From positions 972 through 64,971 of the forward strand of contig JAEUSV010000158.1 in the NCBI GenBank assembly GCA_016788485.1: a stretch of DNA of 64,000 nt, given 5' to 3'. Position 1 is the first letter of the stretch; each line of letters begins with the position of its first letter. Under the pieces are notes generated by a model. It saw nothing but the letters and a program-made list of their open reading frames with translations, was not told where the DNA came from and made no database searches. The translations under genes were made by a program, and so were the position numbers. The stretch is from Flavobacteriales bacterium. GTDB lineage: Bacteria; Bacteroidota; Bacteroidia; Flavobacteriales_F; PHOS-HE28. Below are positions 17,491 to 26,955 of this stretch, in pieces.

Positions 17491-18828
17491 ATGAGAAAAG
17501 CGTTACTCCTTCCGATGATCGCGCTGGCCGGCACGCTGCAGGCCCAGACGGTCTTCACCAGCGACCTCGAGGGCTGGACGAACAACCTGCCCGACGGGTG
17601 GGTCGGTTCGAAAACGAACATCAACACCGATAGCATCTTCCAGACGGCGAACAACCCCCACGGGGGCACCTACGCCGTGGAGCTGCACAACACCACACCG
17701 CACAAGCGCTTCACCACGCAGCCGGTGGCGGTGACGAGCGGCACCAGCTACACCATCAGCTTCTGGGTGCGCGGCCAGGGCCAGGTGCGCACGGGCCTGT
17801 TCGACGGTCGCCCCGGCGGCAGCTCGGGCTACGCCCCCTACAACGCCTACGTCACCGTGAGCAGCAACAGCTGGCAGCAGGTGACGCAGACGGTGACCTG
17901 CGCGTACGACACCACGGGCGGTGAGTTCATCCTCTCGGTGCTCAGCACCATCGCCCCCGACCACCTGGTGATCGACGACGTGAACATCGAGGTGGCCGGC
18001 CCGCCCGCGCCCACCAGCATCTTCGACATCCAGTTCACCACCGACCCCAACGGTGCCTCCCCGGTGACGAACCAGGGCGTGCTCACCGGCGGCCGTGTGG
18101 TGGGCGTGGTGACCGGCGCGGGTTACTACCTGCAGTCCGGTACCGGCGCCTGGAGCGGCATCTACGTGGTGGACGCGGTGAACGCCGTGAACCGCGGCGA
18201 CAGCGTGACCCTCGGTGCCACCGTGGAGGAGAGCTTCGGCTTCACCCGCCTGAACAACGTGACGGGCTTCACCGTGGTGAACAGCGGCAACCCCGACCCG
18301 GCGGTGACCAACGTGAGCACGGCCCAGGCCAACACCGAGCCCTTCGAGAGCGTGGTGTGCAAGGTGACCAACGTGCCCTGCGTGGTGGCCCCCAACCAGT
18401 TCGGCGAGTGGAAGCTGTTCGACACCGACAGCCTCTACGTGGACGACCAGATGTTCGCCTACACCCCTGCGGTGGGCACGAGCTACAACGTGACCGGTCC
18501 GCTGTTCTACTCCTTCGGCCGCTACAAGATGGAGCCGCGCGATGCGAACGATGTGGAAGTGGCCAACAGCATCGAGGAAGGCCTCTTCGCCACCGCCACC
18601 GTGGGTCCCGTGCCCACGAGCGACCTGCTCAACATCGACCTGGGCGCCCTGGCCGGCAGCCGTGTGGAGTACACGCTGAGCGACCTCACGGGCCGCAGCC
18701 TGCTGAACGGCCTGCTCACCAACGGCCGCAGCACGCTCGACCTGTCCATGCTGCCCGCGGGCGGCTACCTGCTGACCCTGCGCACCAACGAGGCCGCCAA
18801 GGCCGTGAAGGTGCTGGTTCAGCACTGA
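17491..18828 (+). CDS. T9SS-secreted protein: jelly-roll (CBM4/9-like) domain, OB-like module and type-A C-terminal sorting domain
   Basis: Signal peptide. FTSDLEGWTNN...GTSYTISFWVRG is jelly-roll-like. IFDIQFTTDPNGASP...GIYVVDAVN...FTRLNNV is OB-like. The C-terminal ~80 aa (VPTSDLLNIDL...GGYLLTLRTNEAAKAVKVLVQH) is typical of the T9SS type-A CTD. Confidence 0.65.
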   Translation: MRKALLLPMIALAGTLQAQTVFTSDLEGWTNNLPDGWVGSKTNINTDSIFQTANNPHGGTYAVELHNTTPHKRFTTQPVAVTSGTSYTISFWVRGQGQVRTGLFDGRPGGSSGYAPYNAYVTVSSNSWQQVTQTVTCAYDTTGGEFILSVLSTIAPDHLVIDDVNIEVAGPPAPTSIFDIQFTTDPNGASPVTNQGVLTGGRVVGVVTGAGYYLQSGTGAWSGIYVVDAVNAVNRGDSVTLGATVEESFGFTRLNNVTGFTVVNSGNPDPAVTNVSTAQANTEPFESVVCKVTNVPCVVAPNQFGEWKLFDTDSLYVDDQMFAYTPAVGTSYNVTGPLFYSFGRYKMEPRDANDVEVANSIEEGLFATATVGPVPTSDLLNIDLGALAGSRVEYTLSDLTGRSLLNGLLTNGRSTLDLSMLPAGGYLLTLRTNEAAKAVKVLVQH

Positions 18829-18848
18829 TCATCGACCGGACCAACAGG

Positions 18849-18877
18849 AAGCGGGGCGCCCAAGGGCGCCCCGCTTT
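18849..18877. terminator. Perfect GC-rich hairpin between convergent genes (bidirectional intrinsic terminator candidate)
   Basis: AAGCGGGGCGCCC (18849-18861), loop AA, GGGCGCCCCGCTT (18864-18876), then T. Confidence 0.7.
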
Positions 18878-18898
18878 CGTTCCGACCGGACGGTGCGC

Positions 18899-19939
18899 TC
18901 ACTTGTCGCGCACCAGGATCACGAAGACCGGGAAGTGGTCGCTCCAGCCATCGGTGTAGGTGTCACCGACGAAGGTGCGGAAGGGATAGCCCATGAAATT
19001 GCCCTCGGTCTGGCGCAGGAAGGGCTCGTTGAACACGCGTGTGCCGTAGTAGCGGTAGCGCCCACCGTCGCCCGTCACCGTATTCGGGCTCAGGATGATC
19101 TGGTCGAAGAGGTTCCAGCTGTCCTGCCACGCGAGCGAACCGATGCCCTTGTTGTACAGGTCGTACATGGGGTTGTAGAAGCGCTTGCCGGTGGCCTCGC
19201 CCTTCACGCCGGTGGTGTTGAGGAACTTGCGCACGCTGGGGTCGACGGGGTCGTCGTTGAGGTCGCCCATGTAGGCGATGCGGCCGTTGGGGTGCGCGAG
19301 CATGAGCGAGTCGATGATGCGGCGGCCGAGCTCGGCGGCGAGGATGCGGTTGGGGCGCGAGCGCGCCTCGCCACCGCGGCGGCTGGGCCAGTGGCCCACG
19401 ATCACGCTCAGCGTATCGCCATCGGCGAGGCCGGTCACCACGAGCTGGTCGCGCGTGCGGAACGCGCTGTCCGCCGGGTTCACCAGGCGGTAGCTGCGGT
19501 GGTGCAGCACGGTGAAGCGCGCGGGGTCGTACAGCATGGCCACGTCTACGCCGCGGCGGTCGGGCGAATCGTGGTGCACGATGCCGTAGTGGCGCGCGGC
19601 GATGGCCGGCGCCTTCACCAGGTCCTCGAGCACGCCGCGGTTCTCCACCTCGGCCATGCCCAGGATGGCCAGGCCGTTGAGGTCCTTCGCCATGGCGGCC
19701 ACCACCTGCCCTGTCTTGTCCACCTTCCGCTGGTAACGCGAGCCGGTCCACTGCTTGTTCGCGCCCGGCAGCCACTCGGCATCGTCGGTGTCGGGCGAAT
19801 CGATGGTGTCGTAGAGGTTCTCCACGTTGTAGAAACCGATGCAGAAGGGCACCATCTCCTTCTTGGCGGTGCCGTTGGACTGCGCGAAGGCACCGGCGCA
19901 GAGCGCTGTGGCGAACAGGGTGAACAGGGGACGGATCAT
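18899..19939 (-). CDS. Secreted endonuclease/exonuclease/phosphatase (EEP) family protein
   Basis: Signal MIRPLFTLFATALCAGAFAQ. EEP-type motifs FYNVENLYD, LGMAEVEN and SDHFPV near the C-terminus. In-frame ATG 19939 preferred over TTG 19954. Confidence 0.8.
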   Translation of the reverse strand: MIRPLFTLFATALCAGAFAQSNGTAKKEMVPFCIGFYNVENLYDTIDSPDTDDAEWLPGANKQWTGSRYQRKVDKTGQVVAAMAKDLNGLAILGMAEVENRGVLEDLVKAPAIAARHYGIVHHDSPDRRGVDVAMLYDPARFTVLHHRSYRLVNPADSAFRTRDQLVVTGLADGDTLSVIVGHWPSRRGGEARSRPNRILAAELGRRIIDSLMLAHPNGRIAYMGDLNDDPVDPSVRKFLNTTGVKGEATGKRFYNPMYDLYNKGIGSLAWQDSWNLFDQIILSPNTVTGDGGRYRYYGTRVFNEPFLRQTEGNFMGYPFRTFVGDTYTDGWSDHFPVFVILVRDK

Positions 19940-20043
19940 GGCAAGGGCGGCCAAGTTAGGCCTTGGCGGGGGGCCGTAGGTGCGCGTGCATCAGGCTTCA
20001 CGCGGGCTTCACCGGCAAGTTCCGGGCCACGGCCCACGGCCGG

Positions 20044-20688
20044 TCACTGCGCCACCGGGAAGTACAGCGCGTTGCGGTCGTTGTACCGGCGGATGAACTG
20101 GAAGAGCAGCTCCTCCTTGCGCTTCTTGGGGGGCACGGCGTTCCATTCCTCGTAGAGCACCTCGTCGCGCCTGATCAGGGGATCGAGCCCTTCGCTGGTG
20201 AGCGGCCGCAGCTCGCCCGTGGCCATGTCGAGCACGCGTTGTTCCTGCACTGTACGCGTAACAGGTCCGCCCATGGGGCTCATGGGACCGTAGTAACCCA
20301 CGTTGCTCCAGTCGCGGTAGCTGCGCTCGTAGAGCACGTGGCACAGCGAACCCATCATGCCGATGCGGAAGAGCCCGTCGCCGGCGTGGATGTACACGGT
20401 GTTGTTGCTGCACAGGCCCCAGATGCGGTCCAGGTCCACCTGCACCAGGGCTCCGGTGCTGTCGCTCACGAACACCTGCCGGCCACCGGCCAGGTCGGGC
20501 AGCGGGGCGCCTTTCGCATCCTTCAGCCTGGCGAGGGGCAAGGAAGGCCGGTCGTCGCGCAGGTCCTCGAAACCGAGGTAGATGCCCTCGTGCAGGTCGA
20601 AGCCCGGCCGGTAACGCACCAGCACCGTGTCCTGCGCGGAACTCTGCAGCGCGCCGATCAACAGGGCGATCACCGACCAGGTCCTCAT
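20044..20688 (-). CDS. Hypothetical secreted protein
   Basis: Signal [19 protein letters not shown]. Start overlaps the upstream stop (ATGA at 20685-20688). No family recognised. Confidence 0.5.
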   Translation of the reverse strand: MRTWSVIALLIGALQSSAQDTVLVRYRPGFDLHEGIYLGFEDLRDDRPSLPLARLKDAKGAPLPDLAGGRQVFVSDSTGALVQVDLDRIWGLCSNNTVYIHAGDGLFRIGMMGSLCHVLYERSYRDWSNVGYYGPMSPMGGPVTRTVQEQRVLDMATGELRPLTSEGLDPLIRRDEVLYEEWNAVPPKKRKEELLFQFIRRYNDRNALYFPVAQ

Positions 20689-21449
20689 GCCACCGAACGG
20701 ATCAGTTGCACCACTTCCTCCGGCGCCTGTGCATGCACCCAATGGCCGGCGTAGGCGATGGTCTCCACGCGGCTGTTCGGGAACTGCTCCTTGATCTGCG
20801 GCAGGTCCTCGCGGGTGATGTAGTCGCTCTGGCCGCCACGGATGAAGAGCGTGGGCGTGCGCACCGTCTCGGGCCCGATGGCCGCGAGGATGTCGGTGAG
20901 GTCGCGCGCGAGCACCGGCACGTTGAAGCGCCAGGCGAGCTGTTCGGGCGTGCTCCAGTAGAGGCTCTTCATCAGGAACTGCACCACGCCCGGCTCCGGC
21001 ACGAAGCGTGCCAGATGCTCCTCCACCTCCTGCCGTGTGCGCTTGGTGGCCAGGTCGATGTCCTGCAGCGCGGCCAAGATGTGGTCGTGGTTGCGGGTGG
21101 TGTACTGGCGCGGACCGATGTCCACCACCACGAGCTGCTTGAGGATGCCGGGGTAGAGCTGCGCGAAACGCATCGCGGTCTTGCCGCCCATGCTGTGGCC
21201 CACGAGCACCACGTCGCGCAGGCCTTCGGCGGCGAGCAGCTCGAAGAGGTCCTCGGCCATCAGCGGGTAGGTCACGCGGTCGGTGTGCGGGCTGCGGCCG
21301 TGGTCGCGCGCGTCCACCAGCACCACCTCGTGGTCGGTGGCGAGCTCCTTGGCCACGGTGCCCAGGTTGTCGCTGCTGCCGAAGAGGCCGTGCAGGAGCA
21401 CGATGGGCTGGCCGGAGCCCAGACGGCGGTGAAAGAGGGAAACGCTCAT
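20685..21449 (-). CDS. Alpha/beta hydrolase
   Basis: HG oxyanion motif (LLHGLFGS) and nucleophile elbow GHSMGG. Start MSVSLF at 21449 overlaps the pdxJ stop (ATGA). Confidence 0.8.
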   Translation of the reverse strand: MSVSLFHRRLGSGQPIVLLHGLFGSSDNLGTVAKELATDHEVVLVDARDHGRSPHTDRVTYPLMAEDLFELLAAEGLRDVVLVGHSMGGKTAMRFAQLYPGILKQLVVVDIGPRQYTTRNHDHILAALQDIDLATKRTRQEVEEHLARFVPEPGVVQFLMKSLYWSTPEQLAWRFNVPVLARDLTDILAAIGPETVRTPTLFIRGGQSDYITREDLPQIKEQFPNSRVETIAYAGHWVHAQAPEEVVQLIRSVA

Positions 21450-22159
21450 CGCAACTCCCGCAGATACAACCCCACCGTGTTCTCCAGCCCGAAGGTGAGC
21501 GCATCGCACACCAGCGCATGTCCGATGGATACCTCCAGCAGGCCGGGCACCTGCGTGGCGAAGTAGCGGAGGTTGGCGCGGTCGAGGTCGTGGCCGGCGT
21601 TGAGGCCCAGGCCCAGTTCCGCGGCGCGTTCCCCGGCCTTCACGAAGGGCTCCACGGCGGCGGCGCGGTCGGCGGGATACTGCGCGGCGTAGGGCTCGGT
21701 GTAGAGCTCGATGCGCTCGGTGCCCGTATCGGCGGCGTGGCCGATCTGCTCGGCGTCGGTGCCCATGAAGATGCTGGTGCGGATGCCGGCGCCCTTGAGG
21801 CGTGCGATCACGTCCTTCAGCAGGGCCTTCTGCCCGCGCGCGTCCCAGCCCGCGTTGCTCGTGAGCACGCCGGGGGGGTCGGGCACGAGCGTCACCTGCG
21901 CGGGGCGCACTTCCAGCACCAGGTCCATGAAGTCGTCGCTCGGGTAGCCCTCGATGTTGAACTCGGTGGTGAGCACCGGCTTCAGTGCACGCACGTCGCT
22001 GCGGCGGATGTGGCGCTCATCGGGGCGGGGGTGCACGGTGATGCCCTGGGCCCCGAAGCGCTCGATGGCGAGGGCGGTGGCCACCACATCGGGGTTGTTG
22101 CCGCCGCGCGCGTTGCGCAACGTGGCGATCTTGTTGATGTTGACGCTGAGGCGGGTCAT
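21446..22159 (-). CDS. pdxJ: Pyridoxine 5'-phosphate synthase
   Basis: [20 protein letters not shown]...[12 protein letters not shown]...NAGHDL, characteristic PdxJ motifs. 237 aa. Embedded in the spurious ORF 21446..22966. Confidence 0.9.
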   Translation of the reverse strand: MTRLSVNINKIATLRNARGGNNPDVVATALAIERFGAQGITVHPRPDERHIRRSDVRALKPVLTTEFNIEGYPSDDFMDLVLEVRPAQVTLVPDPPGVLTSNAGWDARGQKALLKDVIARLKGAGIRTSIFMGTDAEQIGHAADTGTERIELYTEPYAAQYPADRAAAVEPFVKAGERAAELGLGLNAGHDLDRANLRYFATQVPGLLEVSIGHALVCDALTFGLENTVGLYLRELR

Positions 22160-22195
22160 CGCGTTCGCTATACCTTGCCCCCTCATTAGGGCGTT

Positions 22196-22203
22196 CAAAG
22201 GTA
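22196..22203 (-). promoter_or_regulatory. -7 box TACCTTTG for the pdxJ operon
   Basis: Plus strand reads CAAAGGTA, 36 nt upstream of ATG 22159. Confidence 0.4.
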
Positions 22204-22225
22204 GGACCGACGCGCCCTGCAGGCC

Positions 22226-22888
22226 ATGCACGCCATCGACCTCATCAGCAACGACATCCCCCCGCTGCGACCGGCGGACACCGTGGCGCGCGCGCTCGAC
22301 TGGATGGAGGAGTTCAAGGTGAGCCACCTGCCCGTGGTGCACGAGCGCCGCCTGGTGGGCATGGTGAAGGACAGCGCCCTGGTGGACCGCAACGACGCGA
22401 AGGCCACCGTGGAGGAGCTGATGGACCGCGTGGAGGTGCCCTTCGTGCGCGGGGGCCAGCACGTGTACGACGTGATGAAGCTGCTGGTGGAGCGCGGCCT
22501 GAGCGTGGTGCCGGTGCTCGACATGAACGGCAACTACCTGGGCGCGGTGAACGAGCACATGGCGTTGCGCCGCCTGGCCGAAGTGACCAACGTGCGCGAG
22601 CCCGGCAGCGTGGTGGTGCTGGAGCTGAACCAGAACGACTACAGCCTGCAGGAGATCGCGCGCATCGTGGAGGGCAACGACGCCCGGGTGCTCAGCGTGT
22701 ACTGCCACACCCTGCCCGACAGCGCGCGGCTGGAGGTGACCCTGAAGATCAACCGCGAGGACATCAGCGACATCCTGCAGACCTTCGAGCGTTTCGAGTA
22801 CGAGGTGAAGACCACCTTCCAGGGCTCGCGCTTCCACGAGGACCTGCGCGGGCGGTACGACGAGCTGATGCGCTTCATCAACCTGTGA
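22226..22888 (+). CDS. CBS domain-containing protein
   Basis: Tandem CBS-pair pattern (VSHLPVV..., LSVVPVLD...) followed by an ACT-like C-terminus. Confidence 0.75.
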   Translation: MHAIDLISNDIPPLRPADTVARALDWMEEFKVSHLPVVHERRLVGMVKDSALVDRNDAKATVEELMDRVEVPFVRGGQHVYDVMKLLVERGLSVVPVLDMNGNYLGAVNEHMALRRLAEVTNVREPGSVVVLELNQNDYSLQEIARIVEGNDARVLSVYCHTLPDSARLEVTLKINREDISDILQTFERFEYEVKTTFQGSRFHEDLRGRYDELMRFINL

Positions 22889-24297
22889 TGCCCTTCCGGC
22901 GCCCGCCCATGCGCATGGCCCGGCTCCTCCCCCTCCTGCTGGTGCTGCTGCTGGCCGGGACCGCAACGGCGCAGGACAAGCGCCTGGTGGCCGGCATCGT
23001 GGTGGAGGGCAACAAGCGCACCAAGGAGCGCATCATCCTGCGCGAGCTCACCTTCCGCGAGGGCGACACGCTCACCACCGACGAGCTCTACGCGCGCATC
23101 GAGCGCAGCCGGCAGAACCTCATGAACACCGCGCTCTTCAACAGCGTGCTGCTCATGCCCACCTACCTGCCCGGCACCGAGGTCTTCGTCACCATCACCG
23201 TCAACGAGCGGTGGTACCTGTGGCCCTCGCCTATCCTGCAGCTCGCCGACCCCAACTTCAACACCTGGTGGCTCACCAAGGATCTCAGCCGCATCAACAT
23301 CGGGGCCTACCTGTACCAGTACAACTTCCGCGGCCGGAACGAGACCCTTTTCGCCAAGGTGCAGTTCGGCTACGCGCGCCAGTTCGGACTGCGGTACAAG
23401 GTGCCCTTCTTCGACAAGCGGCAGCGCTGGGGCTTCAGCGTGGGCGCGCAGTACACCGAGCAGCGCGAGATCGCCATCGGCACGCGCGACAACAAGCGCA
23501 TCCTCTTCAGCGAGCCCGACCGCAACGCCCGCAACGAGCAGAAGGCCGACGTGCAGTTCAGCCTGCGCCGCTCGCACGACCTGCGCCACTTCCTAACGCT
23601 CGGCTTCGTGCAGGCCGCGGTCACCGACACCGTGGCGCGCCAAAGCCCCGACTACTTCAACGACGGCGCCACGCGCACCCGCTACCTCGCCCTCGGCTAC
23701 CAGCTGGTCCACGACGAGCGCGACTCGCGCGCCTATCCGCGCGACGGCCACTACATCGAGCTGCGGCTGTGGCGCTACGGCCTGGGGGTGCTCGACGAGC
23801 AGGCGCCCGGCATCAGCACCGCCTACGCCACCTACAAGCACTGGCAGAAGCTGAGCGAGCGCTGGACCGTGAGCCTCACCGGCAGGGGCAAGGCCAGCCT
23901 GGGCGGACCGGTGCCCTACTACGTGCAGCAGGGCCTCGGCTACGACGATTACATCCGCGGCTACGAGTACTACGTGATCGACGGGCAGCACTACGCCCTG
24001 GGCAAGGCCGATGCGGCGTTCGCGCTCCTCAAACCCCGCCAGTACACCGTGGACCAGGTGCCGTTGGAGGCCTTCCGCACGCTCTACATCGCGCTCTACC
24101 TCGACGCGTACGTCGATGCCGGGTACGTGTGGGACGAGCTGTACGACGACCGCAACTTCCTGGCCGGCAGCTGGCAGAGCGGCTATGGCGCCGGCCTCGA
24201 CCTGGTGACCAGCTACGACCAGGTGCTGCGCATGGAATACAGCTGGAACGTCCTCGGCGAGGGTGGGCTTTTCCTACATTTCACCCAACCCTTCTGA
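22888..24297 (+). CDS. BamA/TamA-like outer-membrane protein (single POTRA domain plus surface-antigen D15-type barrel)
   Basis: Signal [27 protein letters not shown]-like [24 protein letters not shown]. Beta-rich body ending ...LHFTQPF with a terminal Phe. The ATG overlaps the CBS stop (TGATG). Confidence 0.7.
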   Translation: MPFRRPPMRMARLLPLLLVLLLAGTATAQDKRLVAGIVVEGNKRTKERIILRELTFREGDTLTTDELYARIERSRQNLMNTALFNSVLLMPTYLPGTEVFVTITVNERWYLWPSPILQLADPNFNTWWLTKDLSRINIGAYLYQYNFRGRNETLFAKVQFGYARQFGLRYKVPFFDKRQRWGFSVGAQYTEQREIAIGTRDNKRILFSEPDRNARNEQKADVQFSLRRSHDLRHFLTLGFVQAAVTDTVARQSPDYFNDGATRTRYLALGYQLVHDERDSRAYPRDGHYIELRLWRYGLGVLDEQAPGISTAYATYKHWQKLSERWTVSLTGRGKASLGGPVPYYVQQGLGYDDYIRGYEYYVIDGQHYALGKADAAFALLKPRQYTVDQVPLEAFRTLYIALYLDAYVDAGYVWDELYDDRNFLAGSWQSGYGAGLDLVTSYDQVLRMEYSWNVLGEGGLFLHFTQPF

Positions 24298-24302
24298 TCC
24301 GC

Positions 24303-25202
24303 ATGCGCATCGGTGTCCACGGTCGTTCGATGGCCCCCTCCAACCTGCCGGCGGTGCTGCACGTGCTGGAGCGCATGCGCGCCCACGGGCTGGAGCCCTT
24401 GCTGGACGAGGACATGCGTGCCTGGCTGGCGGAGAACGGCCAGGAGGCCTCGGGCGGCGTGCTGGCCCGCGCCGGCGGCCGCCTGAAGGACGTGGACCTG
24501 GTGCTGAGCCTGGGCGGCGACGGCACCTTCCTCGGCTCGGTGGCCATGGTGGGCCGCGCGGGCATCCCCGTGCTGGGCATCAACCTGGGCCGCCTCGGCT
24601 TCCTGAGCAGCGTGACCCTGGAGGAGACCGACCAGGCCCTGGACGCCATCGTCAACGAACGGTTCACGCTCGAGGAGCGCAGCCTGTTGCAGGTGGAGGG
24701 CGCGCCGGAGCTGGGCGAGCACAACTTCGCCCTCAACGAGGTGAGCCTGCACAAGCGCGACAGCAGCAGCATGATCACCGTGCACGCCAGCGTGGGCGGG
24801 CTCTTCCTCAACACCTACTGGGCCGACGGCCTGATCGTGGCCACCCCCACCGGCTCCACGGCGTACTCCCTGAGCTGCGGCGGCCCCCTGCTCGACCCCC
24901 GGTGCGATGCGCTGGTGATCACCCCCATCGCCCCGCACAACCTCAACGTGCGCCCCTTCGTGGTGCCCGATAGCCATCCCATCCGGCTGGTGGCCGAGGC
25001 CCGCGGCGGCAAGTGCCTGCTGAACCTCGATTCGCGCAGCGTGACCCTCGAGGCCGGCACCGGCATCACCGTGTCGCGGGCGCCCTTCAGCGTAAAGCTG
25101 GTGCACCTGGACGGCCACGACTTCATGAGCACCCTGCGCACCAAGCTCACCTGGGGGCTCGATGTGCGCTCAGGCCCTCCCCTGCTACGGGCCGACGACT
25201 AA
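24303..25202 (+). CDS. nadK: NAD kinase
   Basis: GGDGT motif (LSLGGDGTFL), NLGRLGFL, TPTGSTAYSLS. In-frame ATG 24303 within ORF 23211..25202. Confidence 0.85.
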   Translation: MRIGVHGRSMAPSNLPAVLHVLERMRAHGLEPLLDEDMRAWLAENGQEASGGVLARAGGRLKDVDLVLSLGGDGTFLGSVAMVGRAGIPVLGINLGRLGFLSSVTLEETDQALDAIVNERFTLEERSLLQVEGAPELGEHNFALNEVSLHKRDSSSMITVHASVGGLFLNTYWADGLIVATPTGSTAYSLSCGGPLLDPRCDALVITPIAPHNLNVRPFVVPDSHPIRLVAEARGGKCLLNLDSRSVTLEAGTGITVSRAPFSVKLVHLDGHDFMSTLRTKLTWGLDVRSGPPLLRADD

Positions 25203-25322
25203 GCCGGGCCGGTCGCCAAACATTGCTAATTCGCCCCCTTCGGCCGGTCCGGTTGGCGGCAGGTGGCTAAATTCGCGGACCGAACGGCATACGAACTTGA
25301 TTTTCAAGCCGTTGACAAGCGG

Positions 25323-26159
25323 ATGCGCCAGCTGTTGACCCTCCTTGCCTGCCTCTTCCTTGCCGCGGCCTCCCGCGGGCAGGTGAGCGAGCTTGGGCCC
25401 ACCGGCGGGGTCTCCTATTACATCGGCGACCTCAACCCGCTCAAGCACTACCCCAAGAACACCCATTTCGCAGGCGGGCTGGTGTTCCGCTACAACTTCA
25501 ACGACCGCTACGCCTTCCGCCTGCAGGGGCTCTACAGCAAGCTCGAGGCCTATGACAGCGACAGTCCGGACAGCCTGCAGCTGCTGCGCAACCTCAGCTT
25601 CCGCACCAACCTGCTCGAGATCTCGGGCCTCATCGAGGTCAACTTCTTCAAGTACCGCAGCAAGGGCAAGGACAGCCGGAAGTGGACCCCCTTCGTGTTC
25701 GTGGGATTCGGCTACTTCCGCACCAACCCGCAGGCACAGTTGGACGACACCTGGTACGACCTGCAGCCGCTGGGCACCGAGGGCCAGGGCACCTCGAGCG
25801 GCGAGGACTACTACAAGCTCGACCAGCTGTGCATGCCCTTCGGCACGGGCCTGAAGTTCAACTTCGGCAAGGTGGACCTGCAGCTGGAATGGGGCCTGCG
25901 GCGCACCTGGACGGACCACATCGACGATGTGAGCGGCCAGTATGTCGACAACGCCCAGCTGGAGTTCGAGAGCGGCGACCTGGCGGCCCAGCTGGCCGAC
26001 CGCAGCGTGCTGCGCGAGACCGGCTTCAACACCGGCAGGGCACGCGGCGATGTGCAGACGCGCGATTGGTACCAGTACACGGGGCTCACCCTCACCTTCC
26101 TGCTCACGCGCTTCACCGAGTGCGACGAGCTCTACATGAACATGGGCCGCCGCCGTTGA
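25323..26159 (+). CDS. Outer-membrane beta-barrel protein (DUF6089-like)
   Basis: Signal MRQLLTLLACLFLAAASRGQ and alternating beta-strand pattern. Its position between nadK and uppS matches the conserved Bacteroidota cluster. Confidence 0.55.
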   Translation: MRQLLTLLACLFLAAASRGQVSELGPTGGVSYYIGDLNPLKHYPKNTHFAGGLVFRYNFNDRYAFRLQGLYSKLEAYDSDSPDSLQLLRNLSFRTNLLEISGLIEVNFFKYRSKGKDSRKWTPFVFVGFGYFRTNPQAQLDDTWYDLQPLGTEGQGTSSGEDYYKLDQLCMPFGTGLKFNFGKVDLQLEWGLRRTWTDHIDDVSGQYVDNAQLEFESGDLAAQLADRSVLRETGFNTGRARGDVQTRDWYQYTGLTLTFLLTRFTECDELYMNMGRRR

Positions 26160-26178
26160 GCGGCCACACCGGACACAC

Positions 26179-26955
26179 GTGGGCAACGCACAACAACAGA
26201 CGACCGACGAGGCGCTCCGCGCGCGCATCGACCCCGAGCGGGTGCCGGCGCACGTCGCCATCATCATGGACGGCAACGGTCGGTGGGCCAAGCGGCACGG
26301 CGAGATGCGCGTGGTGGGCCACACCAACGGGGTGCGCAGCGTGCGCGAGACCCTGGTGGGCGCCACCGAGATCGGGGTGAAGTACCTCACCCTCTATGCC
26401 TTCAGCACCGAGAACTGGAACCGTCCACGCGCCGAGGTCGACGCGCTCATGGACCTGCTGGTGAACACGCTGATGAGCGAGCTGGACAGCCTGCACGAGA
26501 ACGGCGTGCGGCTCAACGCCATCGGCGACCTCGAGAGCCTGCCCGGCAGCTGCCGCGCCACCCTGGCGGAGGCCATCCGGCAGACGGCGCACAACGACCG
26601 CATCACGCTCACCCTCGCCCTCAGCTACAGCGCCCGGTGGGAGCTGGTGAACATGGTGAAGCGCATCGCCACGGACGTGCGTGACGGCCGCGTGGACGTG
26701 GAGGCCATCGACGACGCGCTCGTGAGCGCGAACCTCACCACGGCCGGCATGCCCGACCCCGAGCTGCTGATCCGCACCAGCGGCGAGCAGCGCATCAGCA
26801 ATTTCCTCCTGTGGCAGATCGCCTATGCCGAGCTCTGGTTCAGCCCCGTGCTGTGGCCCGATTTCCGGCGCGAGCACCTGTACCAGGCCGTGCTCGATTA
26901 CCAGGGGCGCGAGCGTCGCTTCGGGCTCACCAGCGAACAAGTGGGACCGGCATGA
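26179..26955 (+). CDS. uppS: Isoprenyl transferase (undecaprenyl-diphosphate synthase)
   Basis: HVAIIMDGNGRWA, FSTENW.RP, RTSGEQRISNFLLWQ.AY.E motifs. Confidence 0.9.
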   Translation: MGNAQQQTTDEALRARIDPERVPAHVAIIMDGNGRWAKRHGEMRVVGHTNGVRSVRETLVGATEIGVKYLTLYAFSTENWNRPRAEVDALMDLLVNTLMSELDSLHENGVRLNAIGDLESLPGSCRATLAEAIRQTAHNDRITLTLALSYSARWELVNMVKRIATDVRDGRVDVEAIDDALVSANLTTAGMPDPELLIRTSGEQRISNFLLWQIAYAELWFSPVLWPDFRREHLYQAVLDYQGRERRFGLTSEQVGPA

